Source: Candidatus Methylomirabilia bacterium (GTDB lineage: Bacteria > Methylomirabilota > Methylomirabilia > Rokubacteriales > CSP1-6). Taken from it: a stretch of 64,000 nt of DNA. The notes beneath the pieces are model-generated. The model saw only the letters and a list, made by a program, of their open reading frames with translations, ran no database searches and was not told where the DNA came from. The position numbers and the translations under genes were made by a program. Below, piece by piece: positions 29,307 through 39,626 of this stretch (its first letter is position 1; every line of letters begins with the position of its first letter). The DNA lies in contig JBGPXN010000002.1 in assembly GCA_041492755.1 (NCBI GenBank), positions 22,077 to 86,076 of the forward strand, read 5' to 3'.

Positions 29307-29343
29307 ACACGTAGGGCCGGGGTGAGCACCCGGCCCTACGTGT
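29307..29343. terminator. 15-bp perfect hairpin downstream of tRNA-Asp
   Basis: ACACGTAGGGCCGGG-N7-CCCGGCCCTACGTGT. Confidence 0.6.
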
Positions 29344-29598
29344 CTTGTAGCGGTTCTGTAGCGGTCAACGAGCCCGCCCCCTCGATCGCGCGACGCTTCT
29401 CGATGATCGCGGCGAGTTCGGCATCGAGGTCCGGCGCCGGCCCGCGCGTCAGGCGGGTGAGGAGAATGGCGCGCGTCGTGCGCTCGATGGACAATCACAA
29501 ATGCGGCCTGGGCACGGCGCAGCGTAGGCGGCGAGCGTGACGGAGGGCACTACCACGGATCGGATACCGTCGGGTTCCGCTCACACAACGTCCGGCGC

Positions 29599-30249
29599 AT
29601 GAGTCCTCGGTCGTCGCGATGGGCTATCGTCCTGGCCGTGGTCGTGTTGATCGGGGCCCTCATTGCTGGGCTCCCGACAACTCGAGAGCCGATTCTCAGG
29701 GCCGCTGGAGGGGTTCTCGTAGCCAGCGATCCGCTCGGGCCGGCCGAGATCATCGTCATCGCGGTGGATGCCGGCGGCGCCGGCGTGCTCGAAGCCGCGG
29801 ACCTGGTTCACGGCGGTATCGCGCCGCGGGTCGCGATCTTCGCCGATCCTCCCGACGCTCTGGATCGCGAGTTCCTGCGCCGTGGACTCCCCTATGAAGA
29901 CGCGGCCGCACGCTCCGCCCGTCAACTCCGGTCGCTCGGGGTGACCGCCGTCGAGCTGATCCCCAGAGCTGTCGCCGGAACCGAGGCCGAGGGGGAGGCG
30001 CTTCCCGGTTGGTGCGACCAGCATCAGTTCCGCTTCATCGTCGTCGTAACCTCAACCGACCATGCGCGGCGGTTACGCCGAGTCCTCCGCCGATCCATGA
30101 AGGGGCGTCAGACAACGGTCATGGTGCGACCCGCCCGCTACTCGGCATTCGATCCCGATCGATGGTGGGAAACTCGCGCGGGTCTCCGCGAGGGAATCAT
30201 CGAGCTCCAGAAGCTGTTGCTCGACGTCGTGCGTCACCCGATTTCATGA
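29599..30249 (+). CDS. YdcF/DUF218-like membrane-anchored protein
   Basis: N-terminal TM; LV..DP...A..IV; A.GT..E; IVVVTS.DH.RR; WW.TR...R..I.E..KL. Confidence 0.7.
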   Translation: MSPRSSRWAIVLAVVVLIGALIAGLPTTREPILRAAGGVLVASDPLGPAEIIVIAVDAGGAGVLEAADLVHGGIAPRVAIFADPPDALDREFLRRGLPYEDAAARSARQLRSLGVTAVELIPRAVAGTEAEGEALPGWCDQHQFRFIVVVTSTDHARRLRRVLRRSMKGRQTTVMVRPARYSAFDPDRWWETRAGLREGIIELQKLLLDVVRHPIS

Positions 30250-31087
30250 GGTATACCGCGTCGCGGGTCAAGCCAGCATTGGCACCCGGCCGATCACCGC
30301 CGCCGACCGCGGTCCGCCGCTCTGGGCCTCGCCGGTACGACCACCCGGCGCGACTTCACGGCCTCGGCCCTCACCGCGTCCGGCGTGTTGGTGAGCGCAG
30401 CAGCCATGTCTTCGACGGCACGATGCGATCGCGCCGGTTGATCGAGTCTGCTCCTCACCGCCCTCCGGGTCCTTCCGGCGGCGCGCGTCAGGCGAAGGGA
30501 AAGCACGGCCCGGATCAACGGCCGCGCGGAATTTCCCCTCCCGGGCTCGGCCACGCGGCGCGCGTGTCATGGGCCAACCGTCCGCGCGTGCGTACGCTGC
30601 GAACGTGGCCCCAGGGGTCGTCGCAGTACCCATTGCAGCCCTCGTGCGGGCCGGTCAGCTTGAACAGCAGCAACGACAGCGCACCGATCAGTCGCTTCAT
30701 ATCCACCTCCGAATTCGACGCCAGGGGACCAGGGATGGCGGCAAATATCACGCCAAAGCCCGAATAGGACGATCCCATCGGCTCCCGGCCATTTCCGCAA
30801 CACCCCATGGCCGACCGATACGCGAATCATTCACTGGGTGCGCAACGGTGTTGCAGGCTCCGCAGAGACTTGCCTCAGGTGACCCGTAACCGGGCGCGGC
30901 GTGCCCATCGACCAACGGGCGCGCTGATGGCGACCTGCCGCGACCGTCTTGACCTTGGTTGGGTGTGGGCGCAGTATCCCAGCCGTTGATCGAGGCCTTC
31001 ACCGATCCTCATCGACGTGTGGCGCGGCCAGCCCCCGACAGGAGCCCGGCGAGCCCGCACGTCCAACGAGCACCATGCGGAGGTCCC

Positions 31088-32104
31088 ATGAGCACCAGCA
31101 GGCGCACGTTTCTGACGACCGCCACCGCCGCCGCAGTGATGGCTTCCTCGCCGCGTGTCTTCGCCGAGTGGGAGCCCAGTCAGCGGTATCCGGATCCCGC
31201 CGTCAAGCTGATCGATCCGAGCTTTGGGCGCTATCGGCTGAACCTGGCGAGGGTCGAGCGTTTGGGGACAGGGTTCCGCTGGTGCGAGGGGCCGGTGTGG
31301 TTCGGGGACGGACGCTATCTGCTCTGGAGCGACATCCCGAACAACCGGATCATGCGCTGGGACGAAGAGACGGGGGCCGTCAGCGTCTACCGCAAGCCGT
31401 CGAATTTCTCCAACGGCAACACGCGCGACCGCCAGGGGCGACTCGTCACGTGCGAGCACGGCACTCGGCGGGTCACACGCACGGAGTACGACGGCAGCGT
31501 CACCGTCATCGCCGACAAGTTCGAGGGCAAGCCGCTCAACTCGCCGAACGACGTGGTGTGCAAATCCGACGGCTCGATCTGGTTCAGCGATCCACCGTTC
31601 GGCATCCTCGGTTTGTACGAGGGCTACGTCGCCAAAGTGGAACTGCCCACGAACGTGTATCGCGTCGACGGCAAGACCGGGAACATCACGGTCGCGGCGG
31701 GCGACGTGAACCGGCCGAACGGACTGTGCTTCTCACCGGACGAGTCGAAGCTCTACATCATCGAAGGCGGCGTCACTCCGCGCATCATCCACGCCTACGA
31801 CATGGTCGATGGCGGCACCCGGCTCGCCAACAAGCGCAAGCTCATCGACGCCGGGCCGGGGACGCCGGACGGCATGCGCTGCGACGTGGACGGCAACATC
31901 TGGTGCGGCTGGGGCATGGGGCAGGAGGGGCTCGACGGTGTCTGGGTGTTCAACCCCGACGGCAAGCACATCGGCCGTATCGACCTGCCCGCGCGCTGCG
32001 CCAACCTCTGCTTCGGCGGCGTGCAGCGCAACCGGCTGCTCATGTGCGGCAGCACGGCGATGTACTCGCTCTACGTCAACACGCAGGGCGCGGTCGGCGG
32101 CTGA
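31088..32104 (+). CDS. Tat-exported SMP-30/gluconolactonase family protein
   Basis: SRRTFL Tat motif; W.EGPVW; SDIPNNR; LNSPND; PNGLCFSPDE; PDGMRCD.DGN. Confidence 0.92.
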   Translation: MSTSRRTFLTTATAAAVMASSPRVFAEWEPSQRYPDPAVKLIDPSFGRYRLNLARVERLGTGFRWCEGPVWFGDGRYLLWSDIPNNRIMRWDEETGAVSVYRKPSNFSNGNTRDRQGRLVTCEHGTRRVTRTEYDGSVTVIADKFEGKPLNSPNDVVCKSDGSIWFSDPPFGILGLYEGYVAKVELPTNVYRVDGKTGNITVAAGDVNRPNGLCFSPDESKLYIIEGGVTPRIIHAYDMVDGGTRLANKRKLIDAGPGTPDGMRCDVDGNIWCGWGMGQEGLDGVWVFNPDGKHIGRIDLPARCANLCFGGVQRNRLLMCGSTAMYSLYVNTQGAVGG

Positions 32105-32127
32105 GGCGCATCGCCCCTTCGAGGGGC

Positions 32128-32763
32128 ATGATCGACGCGCTGTCACGGCCGGCCGCACTGAGCATGCGCGGACTTCGGCTCCTCGGCGCGGCCGCGTTGC
32201 TCGCCTTCCTTGCCGTCGCGTTCACGCCGCTCGCCGACACGCTGGCGCACCGGCTCGTCGAGCCGGCCCCGCTCGGCCCGGCCGACGCCATCATCGTGCT
32301 CGGCGCGGGGCTCGGGGCCGATGGCGGGCTCAGCGATCAGTCCCTCGGCCGCTTCGTGTACGGCGTGCGTCTCTATCGCCGCGGCCTGGCTCCCGTCCTC
32401 GTGTTCACGGGTGGTCCGGCGGCGCGCGGACGACCGGAGGCCGAAGTGCGGGCGGCGCTGGCGCGTGAGCTCGGAGTGCCCGCTACGGACATCATCGTGG
32501 TCGCCGCGGCCCGCACGACGCGCGAAGAAGCGCTCCGCGTGAAGGACGATCTCGGTGCCCGCGGGGTGAGCCGGATCCTGCTCGTGACGGGCGGCAGTCA
32601 CATGGAGCGAGCCCGTGCGCTGTTCAGGCGGGCCGGGTTCACCGTGCAGGCCGCGCCGCTGACCGAGGCAGCCACCTCGCCCGAGGACCGCCTGGATCTC
32701 ATGCGCCGCGTGCTTCAGGAAGTCGTGGCACGCGCCTACTATCGGCTCGCCGGCTGGCTCTGA
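32128..32763 (+). CDS. YdcF/ElyC (DUF218) family protein
   Basis: ADAIIVLGAG; VFTGG; EAE; ARTTREEA; LLVTGGSHMERA. Confidence 0.88.
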   Translation: MIDALSRPAALSMRGLRLLGAAALLAFLAVAFTPLADTLAHRLVEPAPLGPADAIIVLGAGLGADGGLSDQSLGRFVYGVRLYRRGLAPVLVFTGGPAARGRPEAEVRAALARELGVPATDIIVVAAARTTREEALRVKDDLGARGVSRILLVTGGSHMERARALFRRAGFTVQAAPLTEAATSPEDRLDLMRRVLQEVVARAYYRLAGWL

Positions 32764-32766
32764 GGC

Positions 32767-33072
32767 ATGCGCGAGGCCAGCCTCGTCATCGCGGTGCTCG
32801 TGGCGAGCTCGGTCGCCGCTTACCTGATCGGCACACGCCGCCGCGGGGTGCGCATGAGGGACGTGCCGGCGGCCGTCGGCTTCACGCTCGAGTCGCTGGG
32901 CCTGGGCGTCATCTTCTTCGCCGTGAACGTCGGCGTGGGGATGGCGGTCGGCATCGCGAGCCGGGCCCTCGGCGTCGCGTTCATCCCGCTGTACCTCATC
33001 GGCGACTGGACGCTGCCGGTGCTCTCGCTTCTTCAGGGGCTGACGTTCCGGCGCTGGCTCGCGTCGCGCTAG
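32767..33072 (+). CDS. Small three-TM membrane protein
   Basis: Hydrophobic 101-aa ORF starting 3 nt after the upstream stop. Confidence 0.6.
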   Translation: MREASLVIAVLVASSVAAYLIGTRRRGVRMRDVPAAVGFTLESLGLGVIFFAVNVGVGMAVGIASRALGVAFIPLYLIGDWTLPVLSLLQGLTFRRWLASR

Positions 33073-33115
33073 CGCCTCGCACCCGATTTCACGATTGGGT
33101 GGCGCGGGGTCTCGG

Positions 33116-33131
33116 CGGCATCCCGCTTGCT
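33116..33131 (+). promoter_or_regulatory. Putative sigma-54 (-24/-12) promoter
   Basis: CGGCATCCCGCTTGCT fits GG-N10-GC with TTGC; upstream of ORF 33177. Confidence 0.5.
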
Positions 33132-33176
33132 CCCGCAGTCCCACACTTGCGCCGATGCGGGGCGCAAATCGGGACG

Positions 33177-33416
33177 ATGGGAGGGAACGTCGTGGTTGGC
33201 AGCTTCATGCTCGGCATGATCGTGGGCGGTGCGGCCGTGTGGTTCTGGGGCGAGCAGATGCGCGAGTACGTCGACGACAAGACGTGGGCGATGCGTGCTC
33301 GGGCGGCCGAAGGGTTGGGGGCGGCGGCTGACACCTTGCAGTCTGCCCGAGAGACGGTCGAGGGTGGGTTGTCCGGTGCCTCGCCTGGGCCGGGTGGGCG
33401 GGAGACTGCCGCCTGA
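33177..33416 (+). CDS. Small membrane-anchored hypothetical protein (YtxH-like layout)
   Basis: F.LGMIVGGAAVWFWG followed by a charged helix; the start is uncertain. Confidence 0.55.
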   Translation: MGGNVVVGSFMLGMIVGGAAVWFWGEQMREYVDDKTWAMRARAAEGLGAAADTLQSARETVEGGLSGASPGPGGRETAA

Positions 33417-33609
33417 CCTCTCGTTGTTTCGGGCCGGGGTGCGGCATCGACTCCGAGCGACTTCGTCTGCGCGGAGCGAGGGGTCGATGCCGCACCCCCG
33501 ACCCGGGCAAGCGGCTCACCCCGTCACTCGGCGCCAGCGGCCATGCGCGCATGGAAGGGCCGCTCCCGCGGGACTCACCGGAACGGGGGTGGGTATCAGC
33601 GCCGGTCGG

Positions 33610-34047
33610 TCAGCCTGTGGAGCCGAAGCCTCCGGCGCCGCGAGTGGTGGACGGGAGTTCGTCGACCGGGGTCAGCGTGACGTGTTCGATGCGCTGGACG
33701 ACGAGTTGGGCGACGCGATCGCCACGCGCCACCGCCACCGCGGCGCGAGGGTCGTGGTTCACCAACAGGACTTGGACCTCGCCGCGGTAGCCGGCGTCGA
33801 TGAGGCCGGGAGCGTTGAGGACGGTCAGGCCGTGGCGCAGGGCGAGACCGGAGCGGGGAAGGACGAAGCCGGCGTGGCCGTCGGGGATGGCGATGGCGAG
33901 GCCGGTGCGGACCAGGGCGCGCGCGCCGGCTTCGATCGTGACCGACTCCGCGGCGTAGAGATCGAGGCCGGCATCCGATTCGCGGGCGTAGGCCGGGAGT
34001 GGTAGCGAGGGATCGAGCCTCGTGACGAGCACGCGGAGCGGGCTCAC
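33610..34047 (-). CDS. dut: dUTP diphosphatase
   Basis: [30 protein letters not shown] and [10 protein letters not shown] (motifs I-V). Confidence 0.97.
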   Translation of the reverse strand: MSPLRVLVTRLDPSLPLPAYARESDAGLDLYAAESVTIEAGARALVRTGLAIAIPDGHAGFVLPRSGLALRHGLTVLNAPGLIDAGYRGEVQVLLVNHDPRAAVAVARGDRVAQLVVQRIEHVTLTPVDELPSTTRGAGGFGSTG

Positions 34048-34119
34048 GGCGAGCGCATACTAGCACGCGGTCTTCGTGTGCCTTGCGTGGCCTCGCGCCA
34101 CGCGGGAGCGTCGAACGTC

Positions 34120-34359
34120 GTGTCCACGTCCGCGCTCGCCGGTGTGACCGTGCTCGATCTCGCCACCTTCCTCGCGGCCCCGTGTGCGCCATGCTGCTCG
34201 GTGAATTCGGCGCCGACGTCATCAAAGTGGAGCACACGTCCGGGCGCGAGAGAACATCGTGTGGATGGCGGTGGAAGACCTCGGCGTGCTGCTGATGCCG
34301 GGCCGTCCCAGCCGGGGCAGGACAACGAGGAAATCTACGGAGGGCGGCTCGGCCTGGCT
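34120..34359 (+). pseudogene. Class III (CaiB/BaiF) CoA-transferase remnant with a large internal deletion
   Basis: ALAGVTVLDLATFLAAP / frameshift / CAMLLGEFGADVIKVE, followed ~80 bp later by the C-terminal motif GP...GQDNEEIYGGRLGL. Confidence 0.75.
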
Positions 34360-34375
34360 TTCGCGGCGAGGGCCG

Positions 34376-36340
34376 TTACTTCTCGGAGCCCGGACGCTCC
34401 TGGTCGGTGGCGACCACCATCTCGGACAGGCGCTTGAGCACTTCCATGGTGAGCTCGGGACGGTTGCGGATCAGCCACTCCAGCCGCTGATACTTCAGCA
34501 CCAGCAGCTCGGTGTCGTTGGTGGCGATGGCGGACGCGGACCGGGCGGCCTTGCGGAAGAGCGCCATCTCGCCGAAGAGGTCGCCTTCGCCATACTTGGC
34601 CAGCGTGCGCTCCGAGCCGTTGAAGCGCTTCTTGATCTCGACCACCCCGGAGTGCACCACGTACGCCTCGCCCTTGGCGTCGTCACCTTCGTTGAAGATC
34701 ACGGTCGACGGCCCGTACTTCCGGCGCTCGACGTCGCCGAGCGTGAGGTTCTTGTAGATCTCGAGCCCGATCGACGGCAGGTGGCCCTTGGACTCGACCG
34801 GCAGGCGCGCGTTCGTCCATCCGCCCAGTCCGCCCTTGAGGATGCGCGCGCCCGTGTAGCCGGTGGCGTGCAGCTTGTGGACGACCTTCTCGCTCGTCTG
34901 CTCCTCCGGGCTCGTACAGTACGCCACGATCATCTGCTTCTTGTCGGCGTCGAGATTGAAGCGGCCGGCCAGCGCCTCGTCGGGATCGATGCGGATGGAG
35001 CCGGGCAGCTTGAGCGGACTGGTGTCGTAATCGCTCTGGGTGCGGACGTCGACGAGCAGCGGGTTCGCGCCCTTCTCGATCGCCGCGATGACCTGCCTGG
35101 GGAGGATGCGGAATCGGTTCTTCCACCAGCGCCGGCCCCACATGCCGCCGTAGACGCCCCCGCTCAGCAGCGTCACGCCGAGGGTTGCCAACGCCCACGG
35201 AAACGGCCGTGGCGGCGGGTTCTTGACCTTCTCCTCCGCGTCGTCGAGGGCGCGCTTGACGTCGGTCAGGTTCGGCAGCAGCTTGTTGGCTTCGCCGATC
35301 TTGGCCGCCGCCGTCGCGTAGCGCTCCCCGAACAGCGCGGTAACGCCCGCGGCCCACGGTTCGTTGAACCGGCTGTCGCCGGGCTTCTGGACGGGGGTGT
35401 CGGCGAGGAATTTCAGGACGTCCTTGGCCGGGATCAGGAAATTGAAGCCCTGCACGATGGCGCCGCCGCTCTGCGACAGCGACACGAACGTCAGGACGGC
35501 GGCCACCGCGGCCTCGTTGTCGATGGCGGGCCCACCGCTGTTGCCGTGGGCGGCCGGCGCGTCGGACTGGATCACGTCCTGCCCGATGGCGTCCGTCTGG
35601 AACCCGGACACGGCCCCGTTCGTGGCGGACGACTGGATCGCCACGCTCTGGTTCAGCAGCTCGTTGGAGAGGACGACGCCCGGAAAGCCGAGGATGTGGA
35701 GGGGATCGCCGATCTTCGCGGCCTTGGTCGAGATCGGCAGTGCGGGATAGACACCGTCCTTCACCTTGAGCAGGGCGAGGTCGCGTCCCGAGTCCTTCAG
35801 GGGCTGGTTCGCCGTGTCGAGGTAGAGCGGCGGGCTGAACTTCTTGACCTCGGCCTCGAGCCGGGTCCCGTTCGAGAGCAGCACGCTGATCTGCGGTATG
35901 GGGGTGAACTTGGCGTTCGCCAGCGCGCGGTCACCGGCGTCCCGCCGGATCTGATCTTCGAGGTCGGGGCGCTGCCCGCGCATCAGGCCGCGGGCGCGCA
36001 GCACCGGCTCCACGCACGCCTGATCCACCGCGCTCTTCTTGAGCTCGTGGGTGACCCAGGGTGGTAGGCGATGCGCCGGGTCGACGACATGGGCGTTGGT
36101 GACCAGGTAGCCGCGGCCGTCGACGAACCAGCCGGTGCCGGTTTCCACGAACGGCGCCGGCTTCACCGTCGTCGGCCCCTGGCCGCAATTCATGGTGATC
36201 TCGGCGTCGACGCGGGTGGTGATGAGCGCGACCGCCGGCTTCGCCCTGAGGATAGCTTCCTGGACGCTGAGAGCGAGCGCGGGGAGCGGCGCGGCGATCC
36301 AGGCTAGCGCCAGCGCACTCTCGAGCAACAGCCGCTTCAT
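34376..36340 (-). CDS. Trypsin-like serine protease - TM - rhodanese - cNMP-binding fusion
   Basis: Signal peptide; TNAHVV, DLALL and GNSGGP triad; TM helix; DVR...AYCTSPEE...LKGGL..W rhodanese; FGEMAL...RSASA cNMP cassette. Confidence 0.85.
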   Translation of the reverse strand: MKRLLLESALALAWIAAPLPALALSVQEAILRAKPAVALITTRVDAEITMNCGQGPTTVKPAPFVETGTGWFVDGRGYLVTNAHVVDPAHRLPPWVTHELKKSAVDQACVEPVLRARGLMRGQRPDLEDQIRRDAGDRALANAKFTPIPQISVLLSNGTRLEAEVKKFSPPLYLDTANQPLKDSGRDLALLKVKDGVYPALPISTKAAKIGDPLHILGFPGVVLSNELLNQSVAIQSSATNGAVSGFQTDAIGQDVIQSDAPAAHGNSGGPAIDNEAAVAAVLTFVSLSQSGGAIVQGFNFLIPAKDVLKFLADTPVQKPGDSRFNEPWAAGVTALFGERYATAAAKIGEANKLLPNLTDVKRALDDAEEKVKNPPPRPFPWALATLGVTLLSGGVYGGMWGRRWWKNRFRILPRQVIAAIEKGANPLLVDVRTQSDYDTSPLKLPGSIRIDPDEALAGRFNLDADKKQMIVAYCTSPEEQTSEKVVHKLHATGYTGARILKGGLGGWTNARLPVESKGHLPSIGLEIYKNLTLGDVERRKYGPSTVIFNEGDDAKGEAYVVHSGVVEIKKRFNGSERTLAKYGEGDLFGEMALFRKAARSASAIATNDTELLVLKYQRLEWLIRNRPELTMEVLKRLSEMVVATDQERPGSEK

Positions 36341-36534
36341 GGCCTCGAACCCTACCACGGAGAGCCGGTGTGTTGCTAGGTTCGTCGGGCGCGGCGCGTC
36401 CGGCCGGTCCCGGGGTGACGGCATCCTGACGTCCAGCGTCAGCCGATGACACGCTGACGCGACGTCGAGCGGCGGGATCCGAGCCGCCCCGCCCGAAAGT
36501 CGGCGGTTCCTCCGTGCAATTCGCCACGCGGTCT

Positions 36535-36550
36535 TGGCATGCTGGCTGCT
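36535..36550 (+). promoter_or_regulatory. Putative sigma-54 promoter of the pilin gene
   Basis: TGGCATGCTGGCTGCT fits GG-N10-GC, 15 bp upstream of GTG 36565. Confidence 0.55.
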
Positions 36551-36564
36551 ACCACGGGTCCGGC

Positions 36565-36939
36565 GTGAGAGGCCAACGCGGATTCACCCTGATCGAGCTC
36601 ATGATCGTCGTCGCGATCATCGGGATCCTCGCGTCGACCGCGGTGCTCGTTTTCGCGAACGTCACGAATCGAACACGGGGCGCGAAAGCGCAGGCGGACG
36701 TTCGATCGCCGTCGACCGCCATCGTCGTGTCCAGCGCCCACGTGTCGGACTTTCCGCCGACGCTGGATGCGCTCACCGCCGTCGCCACCAACGCCCAGGG
36801 GTTGACGGCCGGACCGTTCCTGGGCACGGTCCCGGTGCCGCCGGAGGGATGGGGCGCCGCCTATGGGTACGCGACGGCGGTGACCGGCACCTTCACCATT
36901 TCCGCCGCGGGCGACAACACGACCGTCTCCGGGCCGTAG
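36565..36939 (+). CDS. Type IV pilin / pseudopilin-like protein
   Basis: RG|FTLIELMIVVAIIGIL prepilin cleavage/methylation motif. Confidence 0.85.
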   Translation: MRGQRGFTLIELMIVVAIIGILASTAVLVFANVTNRTRGAKAQADVRSPSTAIVVSSAHVSDFPPTLDALTAVATNAQGLTAGPFLGTVPVPPEGWGAAYGYATAVTGTFTISAAGDNTTVSGP

Positions 36940-36965
36940 ACCTCGGCGGGGGCAGCGCCCGACCG

Positions 36966-39542
36966 TCAGCGCTGCGCGAGGTAGGCGCTCAACGCGGCGC
37001 CTTCGCGCTCGCGGAGGGAGACGGCGATTCGGAGCTGTTCGAGGTATTGCTCGAGGGTCCTGCCCCCGAGGTGAATGTGTCGGGTGGTGAAGAAGTCGCG
37101 GACGTCGCGTTCCAGCTCGGGGGTGGCCAGGCCGGTCACGCCTTCACACATGCGCCGCAACCCGTGCTTCGGATACAGACGGTCCATCTCGGCCCAGTGC
37201 TCCTTCGCGAATCGCCAGGTCAGCTCGCGCGACGCGACGCTCATCAGTATCGTGCGCAGGACGAAGGGCGCGTCTTGCGTGCGGATCTCGCCGTTGATGG
37301 TGCGGGCGAGCGTCGCCTCCACCAGCGCGGGTGGCCGGAACGCGGCCAGGGCGTAGAGATACCGCTGTTCTTCCTGCGGCGTGCGCGCGTTGCGGAAGCG
37401 GGTGAGGAACTCGTGGTAACGGGAGGCGTCGCCCGCATGGGCCAGGGTCGCGATGAGGCTCGGCAGCACGTTGGGATCGACCGCGGTGGGATCGTGCTGA
37501 GCGCGCGCGTAGAGTCGAGCCGCTTCGGCTTGCGTGGTGGCGTCGTTGCCCAGGACGCCGAACGCGCGCAGCAGATCGCCGCGTAGCTGCCGCGTCAGCT
37601 CGTCCTCGCCGGGAGCCGGCGTCCACCCGAGGGCGGCCACCGCCGGCGCCAGCAGCCGGCGCACGAACGCCTCGAAATTCGCGCAATCTTCGGGGCGGAC
37701 GATCCGGTTCACCGCGCCGAGCGACGCGACCAGGGTCGTCCACACGTTCCGATCGCGCTCGTCCACGAAGCGCGTCGTGAGGTCGAGATACTCGGTGAGC
37801 GGCGTGAGACCGCCCAGCGTGGCGGCCCAGGCGTCGTTGGCGAGGTTGAAGCGCTCGATGGGCTGCAGACCGGCCCGGCGGGCGAGCAGTCGCTCGCGCA
37901 GGTCGCGCTCGTAGCGCACCCGGTAGAAGCCATGTCCGCCCTCGTTGACCAGCGCCCACGCCAGCCCCGCCGGCGCGGGCACGCGCACCTCGTCGGTGTC
38001 GAGCAGGACCCGGCGGATCTCCTCGCCGCCGGTGCCGGCCAGCCGCAGCTGCACGGGGACGTGCCAGCGAGTCGTCGACGGTGGATCAAGCGGCGTCGCG
38101 CCCGGCAGCGGAGGTGGCGGCGCCGCCAGGAACGTGAAGCGCTGCTGGGTGAGGACCAGGTCGTTGCCGTCCCGCCGTACGCTGACGAGCGGATATCCGG
38201 GGCGGAAGATCCAGCCGTCCATGACGGCGGGGATCGGCTGGCCGGACGCCCGGCCGAGGGCCGCCCACAGGTCGCCGGTGTCGGCGTTGGCGTAGGCATG
38301 CGTGCGCAAGTATTCGCGCACGCCCTCGCGGAACACCGGCGGGCCCAGATACTGCTCGAGCATGCGGAGCACGGACGCGCCCTTCTCGTACGTCAGCACG
38401 TCGAACATGGCGTCGGCGTCGCGCGGCGCGCGCACGGGGAACTCGATCGGCCGCGTGTTCCAGAGACCGTCCACGGCGAAGGCGGCCGCGCGCGACACCC
38501 CGAACGTCGTCCAGCGCTGCCACTCCGGCTTCCACGCGTCGACGGCGAGCATCTCCATGAACGTCGCGAACGCTTCGTTGAGCCAGATCCCGTTCCACCA
38601 GGTCATGGTCACGAGATCCCCGAACCACATGTGGGCGTTCTCGTGGGCCACGACGTCGGCCACCCGCTCCTGCTCGGCGTGAGTGGCGGCCGTCTCGTCC
38701 ACGAGCAGCGCGGTCTCGCGGAACGTGATGGCGCCGAGGTTTTCCATGGCGCCGGCCGCGAAGTCGGGGATGGCGAGCAGGTCGAGCTTCTCGGCGGGGT
38801 ACGCAAGGCCGTAGTAGTCCTCGAAGAACCGGAGCGACGCGGCGCCGATCTCGCGACCGAAGCCGGTGAGCCGAAGCTTGCCCGGCACGCACCAGACGCG
38901 CAGGGGCGCCCGACCGACCATGACCGGCTCGGTCGCCTCCAGCTCGCCGACGATGAACGCGACCAGGTACGTCGACATCCGGATCGAGTCGGCGAAGCGG
39001 ATCACCTTCTTTCCGCCCTCGCGCCGCTCCTGCCGCACCGGCGTGTTGGACACCGCGGTCAGCGCCTCATCGATCACGAGTGTCGGCGCGAAGACGGCCT
39101 TGAAGTCGGGCTCGTCCCAGCACGGAAACGCGCGCCGCGCGTCGGTCGCCTCGAACTGGGTCGCCGCCAGCGCGTGGGTGGCGCCCGCGGGGTCCTTGTA
39201 CGTGCTGCGGTAGAAGCCGCGCAGCTTGTCGTTGAGCGTGCCGCGGAACGTGAGCCGCAGCCGCCAGGGGCCCGGTGTCGCGGCCTGCGGGAACGTCAGC
39301 CGGGCGCGCTCGAGCGCCTCGTCCGACTCCGCGGTGCCGACGAGCCGCCCGCCCGCGTCGTTTTCGAGCACCACGCTCGTGATCGCGATCTCGGCGGCGT
39401 TGAGGACGATCTCCCGCGTGGGCTCGTGCACGGTGACCGCCACCGTCTCCTCGCCGGCGAACGTGGACGTGACGAGATCCGGCTCCAGCCTCAAGTCATA
39501 ACGCGACGGCACGACGACGCGCGGCAACCGGTAGGGATCCAC
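36966..39542 (-). CDS. M1-family aminopeptidase with ERAP1-like C-terminus
   Basis: TQFEATDARRAFPCWDEP; GAMEN; HENAH...WLNE; YEKGAS. Confidence 0.95.
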   Translation of the reverse strand: MDPYRLPRVVVPSRYDLRLEPDLVTSTFAGEETVAVTVHEPTREIVLNAAEIAITSVVLENDAGGRLVGTAESDEALERARLTFPQAATPGPWRLRLTFRGTLNDKLRGFYRSTYKDPAGATHALAATQFEATDARRAFPCWDEPDFKAVFAPTLVIDEALTAVSNTPVRQERREGGKKVIRFADSIRMSTYLVAFIVGELEATEPVMVGRAPLRVWCVPGKLRLTGFGREIGAASLRFFEDYYGLAYPAEKLDLLAIPDFAAGAMENLGAITFRETALLVDETAATHAEQERVADVVAHENAHMWFGDLVTMTWWNGIWLNEAFATFMEMLAVDAWKPEWQRWTTFGVSRAAAFAVDGLWNTRPIEFPVRAPRDADAMFDVLTYEKGASVLRMLEQYLGPPVFREGVREYLRTHAYANADTGDLWAALGRASGQPIPAVMDGWIFRPGYPLVSVRRDGNDLVLTQQRFTFLAAPPPPLPGATPLDPPSTTRWHVPVQLRLAGTGGEEIRRVLLDTDEVRVPAPAGLAWALVNEGGHGFYRVRYERDLRERLLARRAGLQPIERFNLANDAWAATLGGLTPLTEYLDLTTRFVDERDRNVWTTLVASLGAVNRIVRPEDCANFEAFVRRLLAPAVAALGWTPAPGEDELTRQLRGDLLRAFGVLGNDATTQAEAARLYARAQHDPTAVDPNVLPSLIATLAHAGDASRYHEFLTRFRNARTPQEEQRYLYALAAFRPPALVEATLARTINGEIRTQDAPFVLRTILMSVASRELTWRFAKEHWAEMDRLYPKHGLRRMCEGVTGLATPELERDVRDFFTTRHIHLGGRTLEQYLEQLRIAVSLREREGAALSAYLAQR

Positions 39543-39626
39543 CTGAACCTCCCGAAGGATGGCAGTCTCCGTACTCTATCAGGCTGCCCGCGCCGTTTCC
39601 CCGCCTAGTTGCGCGGAGGAAGCCGA

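Noticed and set aside
30250..31000. Several short overlapping ORFs
   Set aside because: No recognisable family; they are mutually overlapping and likely decayed DNA.
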